Source: Eledone cirrhosa
Taxonomy: Eukaryota
DNA: 64,000 nt
NCBI GenBank assembly: GCA_964016885.1
Contig: OZ024742.1
Span: 376,340,001 to 376,404,000, forward strand
Direction of reading: 5' to 3'
Shown: positions 59,001 through 64,000 of the stretch, in pieces
Position numbering within the stretch: position 1 is the first letter of the stretch
Layout: the number at the start of each line of letters is the position of its first letter
Program-made: the position numbers and the translations under genes
Notes under the pieces: model-generated
Told to the model about the DNA's origin: nothing
The model's database searches: none
The model's input: only the letters and a program-made list of their open reading frames with translations

Positions 59001-62000
59001 GAGATAAAGCCTTTACAGTGAAAATACAGTAGTATAGAGTAATGTATATGTTATGTGAGATTAAGCCTTTACAGTGAAAATACAATAGTATAGAGTAATG
59101 TAAATGTTATGTGAGATAAAACCTTTTACAGTGAAAATACAATAGTATAGAGTAATGTAAATGTTATGTGAGATAAAGCCTTTACAGTGAAAATACAATA
59201 GTATAGAGTAATGTAAGTGTTATGTGAGATAAAGCCTTTACAGTGAAAATACAATAGTATAGAGTAATGTAAATGTTATGTGAGATAAAGCCTTTACTGT
59301 TAAAATACAATAGTATAGAGTAAAGTAAATGCTACGTGAGATAAAGCCTTTACAGTGAAAATACAATAGTATAGATTAATGTAAATGCTATGTGAGATAA
59401 AGCCTTTACAGTGAAAATACAATAGTATAGAGTAATGTAAATGTTATGTGAGATAAAGCCTTTACAGTGAAAATACAATAGTATAGAGTAATGTAAATGC
59501 TATGTGAGATAAAGCCTTTACAGTGAAAATACAATAGTATAGAGTAATGTAAATGCTATGTGAGATAAAGCCTTTACAGTGAAAATACAATAGTATAGAG
59601 TAATGTAAATGTTATGTGAGATTAAGCCTTTACAGTGAAAATACAATAGTATAGAGCAATGTAAATGTTATGTGTAATATTATGTGAGATAAAGCCTTTT
59701 CAGTGAAAATACAATAGTATAGAGTAATGTAAATGTTATGTGAGATAAAACCTTTACGGTGAAAATACAATAGTATACAGTAATGTAAATGTTATGTGTA
59801 ATATTTTGTGAGATAAAGCCTTTTCAGTGAAAATACAATAGTATAGAGTAATGTAAATGTTATGTGAGATAAAGCCTTTACAGTGAAAATACAATAGTAT
59901 AGAGTAATGTAAATGCTATGTTAGATAAAGCCTTTACAGTGAAAATACAATAGTATAGAGTAATGTAAATGTTATGTGAGATAAAGCCTTTACAGTGAAA
60001 ATACAATAGTATAGAGTAATGTAAATGTTATGTGAGATAAAGCCTTTACAGTGAAAATACAATAGTATAGAGTAATGTAAATGTTATGTGAGATAAAGCC
60101 TTTACAGTGAAAATACAATAGTATAGAGTAATGTACATGTTTTGTGAGGTAAAGCCTTTACAGTGAAAATACAATAGTATAGAGTAATGTAAATGTTATA
60201 TGTAATATTATGTGAGATAAAGCCTTTACAGTGAAAAAACAATAGTATAGAGTAATGTAAATGTTATGTGTAATATTATGTGAGATAAAGCCTTTACAGT
60301 GAAAATACAATAGTATAGAGTAATGTAAATGCTATGTGTAATATTATGTGAGATAAAGCCTCTACAGTGAAAATACAATAGTATAGAGTAATGTAAATGC
60401 TATGTGTAATATTATGTGAGATAAAGCCATTACAGTGAAAATACAATAGTATGGAGTAATGTAAATGTTATGTGAGATAAAGCCTTCACTGTGAAAATAC
60501 AATAGTATAGAGTAATGTAAACGCTATGTGAGATAAAGCCTTTACAGTGAAAATACAATCGTATAGAATAATGTAAATGTTATGTGAGATAAAGCCTTTA
60601 CAGTGAAAATACAATAGTATAGAGTAATGTAAATGCTATGTGAGATAAAGCCTTTACAGTGAAAATACAGTAGTATAGAGTAATGTATATGTTATGTGAG
60701 ATAAAGCCTTTACAGTGAAAATACGATAGTATAGAGTAATGTAAATGTTATGTGAGATAAAGCCTTTACAGTGAAAATACAATAGTATAGAGTAATGTAA
60801 ATGCTATGTTAGATAAAGCCTTTACAGTGAAAATACAATAGTATAGAGTAATGTAAATGTTATGTGAGATAAAGCCTTTACAGTGAAAATACAATAGTAT
60901 AGAGTAATGTAAATGTTATGTGAGATAAAGCCTTTACAGTGAAAATACAATAGTATAGATTAATGTAAATGTTTTGTGAGGTAAAGCCTTTACAGTGAAA
61001 ATACAATAGTATAGAGTAATGTAAATGTTATGTGAGATAAAGCCTTTACAGTGAAAATACAGTAGTATAGAGTAATGTAAATGTTATGTGAGATAAAGCC
61101 TTTACAGTGAAAATACAGTAGTATAGAGTAATGTAAATGTTATGTGAGATAAAGCCTTTACAGTGAAAATACAATAGTATAGAGTAATGTAAATGTTAAG
61201 TGAGATAAAGCCTTTACAGTGAAAATACAATAGTATAGAGTAATGTAAATGCAATGTGAGATAAAGCCTTTACAGTGAAAATACAATAGTATAGAGTAAT
61301 GTAATGTTATGTGAGATAAAGCCTTTACAGTGAAAATACAATAGTATAGATTAATGTAAATGTTATGTGAGATAAAGCCTTTACAGTTAAAATACAATAG
61401 TATAGAGTAAAGTAAATGCTACGTGAGATAAAGCCTTTACAGTGAAAATACAATAGTATAGAGTAATGTAAATGCTATGTGAGATAAAGCCTTTACAGTG
61501 AAAATACAATAGTATAGAGTAATGTAAATGTTATGTGAGATAAAGCCTTTACAGTGAAAATACAATAGTATAGAGTAATGTAAATGTTATGTGAGATAAA
61601 GCCTTTACAGTGAAAATACAATAGTATAGAGTAATGTAAACGTTATGTCAGATAAAGCCTTTACAGTGAAAATACAATAGTATAGAGTAATGTAAATGCT
61701 ATGTGAGATAAAGCCTTTACAGTGAAAATACAATAGTATAGAGTAATGTAAATGTTATGTGAGATAAAGCCTTTACAGTGAAAATACAATAGTATAGAGT
61801 AATGTAAATGTTATGTGAGATAAAGCCTTTACAGTGAAAATACAATAGTATAGAGTAATGTAAATGCTATGTGAGATAAAGCCTTTACAGTGAAAATACA
61901 ATAGTATAGAATAATGTAAATGTTATGTGAGATAAAGCCTTTACAGTGAAAATACAATAGTATAGAGTAATGTAAATGCTATGTGAGATAAAGCCTTTAC

Positions 62001-64000
62001 AGTGAAAATACAATAGTATAGAGTAATGTAAATGTTATGTGAGATAAAGCCTTTACAGTGAAAATACAATAGTATAGAGTAATGTAAATGTTATGTGAGA
62101 TAAAGCCTTTACAGTGAAAATACAATAGTATAGAGTAATGTAAATGCTATGTGAGGTAAAGCCTTTACAGTGAAAATACAATAGTATAGAGTAATGTAAA
62201 TGCTATGTGAGATAAAGCCTTTACAGGGAAAATACAATAGTATAGAGTAATGTAAATGTTATGTGAGATGAAGCCTTTACAGTGAAAATACAATAGTATA
62301 GAGCAATGTAAATGTTATGTGTAATATTATGTGAGATAAAGCCTTTTCAGTGAAAATACAATAGTATAGAGTAATGTAAATGTCATGTGAGATAAAGCCT
62401 TTACAGTGAAAATACAATAGTACAGAGTAATGTAAATGTTATATGTAATATTATGTGAGATAAAGCACTTACAGTGAAAATACAATAGTATAGAGTAATG
62501 TAAATGTTATGTGTAATATTATGTGAGATAAAGCCTTTACAGTGAAAATACAATAGTATAGAGTAATGTAAATGTCATGTGAGATAAAGCCTTTACAGTG
62601 AAAATAAAATAGTATAGAGTAATATAAATGCTATGTGTAATATTATGTGAGATAAAGCCTTTACAGTGAAAATACAATAGTATAGAGTAATGTAAATGCT
62701 ATGTGTAATATTATGTGAGATAAAGCCTTTACAGTGAAAATACAATAGTATGGAGTAATGTAAATGTTATGTGAGATAAAGCCTTCACTGTGAAAATACA
62801 ATAGTATAGAGTAATGTAAACGCTATGTGAGATAAAGCCTTTACAGTGAAAATACAATCGTATAGAATAATGAAAAATGTTACGTGAGATAAAGCCTTTA
62901 CAGTGAAAATACAATAGTATAGAGTAATGTAAATGTTATGTGAGATAAAGCCTTTACAGTGAAAATACAATAGTATAGAGTAATGTAAGTGTTATGTGAG
63001 ATAAAGCCTTTACAGTGAAAATACAATAGTATAGAGTAATGTAAATGTTATGTGAGATAAAGCCTTTACATTGAAAATACAATAGTATAGAGTAATGTAA
63101 ATGTTAAGTGACAGAAAGCATTTACAGTGAAAATACAATAGTATAGAGTAATGTAAATGATATGTGAGATAAAGCCTTTACGGTGAAAATACCATAGTAT
63201 AGAGTAATGTAAATGTTATGTGAGATAAAGCCTTTACAGTGAAAATACAATAGTATAGAGTAATGTAAATGTTATGTGAGATAAAGCCTTTACAGTGAAA
63301 ATACAATAGTATAGAGTAATGTAAATGTTATGTGAGATGAAGCCTTTACAGTGAAAATACAATAGTATAGAGTAGTGTAAATGTTATGTGAGATAAAGCC
63401 TTTACAGTGAAAGTACAATAGTATAGAGTAATGTAAATGTTATGTGAGATAAAGCCTTTACAGTGAAAATACAATAGTATAGAGTAATGTAAATGTTATG
63501 TGAGATAAAGCCTTTACAGTGAAAATACAATAGTATAGAGTAATGTAAATGTTATGTGAGATAAAGCCTTTACAGTGAAAATACAATAGTATAGAGTAAT
63601 GTAAACGTTATGTCAGATAAAGCCTTTACAGTGAAAATACAATAGTATAGAGTAATGTAAATGCTATGTGAGATAAAGCCTTTACAGTGAAAATACAATA
63701 GTATAGAGTAATGTAAATGTTATGTGAGATAAAGCCTTTACAGTGAAAATACAATAGTATAGAGTAATGTAAATGTTATGTGAGATAAAGCCTTTACAGT
63801 GAAAATACAATAGTATAGAGTAATGTAAACGTTATGTCAGATAAAGCCTTTACAGTGAAAATACAATAGTATAGAGTAATGTAAATGCTATGTGAGATAA
63901 AGCCTTTACAGTGAAAATACAATAGTATAGAGTAATGTAAATGTTATGTGAGATAAAGCCTTTACAGTGGAAATACAATAGTATAGAGTAATGTAAATGT

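Larger units (their letters stand above)
1..64000. repeat. Tandem satellite DNA array: 56-bp monomer with an interspersed 68-bp variant, head-to-tail, running off both window edges
   Basis: The unit GTAAATGYTATGTGAGATAAAGCCTTTACAGTGAAAATACAATAGTATAGAGTAAT recurs every 56 bp (starts at 1, 57, 113...). Consensus composition is A24 T17 G11 C4 with no CpG. Most monomers are within 0-2 substitutions of consensus. I saw no inverted block or non-repeat sequence. Confidence 0.99.
36870..64000 (+). repeat. Array domain B (haplotype family marked by AGTATGGA-TTCACTGTG-AACGCT-ATCGTATAGAAT, CCTCTAC, GATGAAG, AGCACTT, GTAAAGTAAATGCTACG)
   Basis: TTCACTGTGAA occurs at 38332, 40104, 42068, 43260, 47276, 48300, 49978, 51270, 53266, 54513, 56080, 57720, 58844, 60485 and 62784. 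The only other copy seen is at 1181. Confidence 0.82.

Noticed and set aside
1854-62970. Ten minus-strand ORFs of 61-87 aa (MYFHCKGFISHNIYITLYY...)
   Set aside because: They are translations of the repeat. The listed M is a TTG from the repeat's CAA, and the frame cycles every three monomers with recurring stops. These ORFs pass the length cutoff only where a small indel shifts the frame. The peptides are self-repeating with no recognisable domain.
1-64000. CRISPR array, or a repeat-spacer-like system with the 12-bp insert as spacer
   Set aside because: There are no unique spacers, the insert is constant and derived from adjacent sequence, and there is no leader or cas gene in the window.
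1-64000. Telomeric repeat, rDNA/5S/tRNA/snRNA tandem gene cluster, or plasmid iterons
   Set aside because: There are no G-runs typical of telomeres, no recognisable structured RNA or Pol III boxes, and no Rep gene. The scale and nested duplication pattern fit satellite DNA.
1-64000. The T/C and 56/68 pattern as an information-bearing code
   Set aside because: The pattern is adequately explained by nested duplications of monomer blocks, and nothing in the window suggests a reader or writer.
1-64000. Wholly artefactual (collapsed or synthetic) sequence
   Set aside because: Hierarchically shared variants plus private mutations are what a real evolving array produces. Individual perfect duplications still need read validation.
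1-64000. Assignment to a named satellite family or organism
   Set aside because: I do not recognise the monomer. A BLASTN/Dfam/Repbase search is required.

Overview
The whole 64 kb window is one uninterrupted, single-orientation, AT-rich (~27% GC) tandem satellite array of about 1,100 monomers (estimated, not counted). The consensus monomer is 56 bp: GTAAATG(T/C)TATGTGAGATAAAGCCTTTACAGTGAAAATACAATAGTATAGAGTAAT. About 15% of monomers in the blocks I counted are a 68-bp form carrying a constant 12-bp insert (TAATATTATGTG). I found no genes, RNA genes, transposon fragments, CRISPR spacers or unique sequence, and all ten ORFs supplied are repeat-translation artefacts. I cannot name the organism or satellite family, and I found no evidence of a new protein-coding system. 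The signal of interest lies in the variant pattern. (1) Rare variants reveal nested, irregular higher-order duplications with offsets of 248, 280, 1772, 1784, 1838, 1964, 4772 and about 12,185 bp. (2) There are two haplotype domains, with a junction near 36.9 kb that is itself duplicated at about 24.9 kb. (3) Several recurrent variants perfect quasi-palindromes in the monomer, and one also inverts the loop base, which resembles replication template switching.
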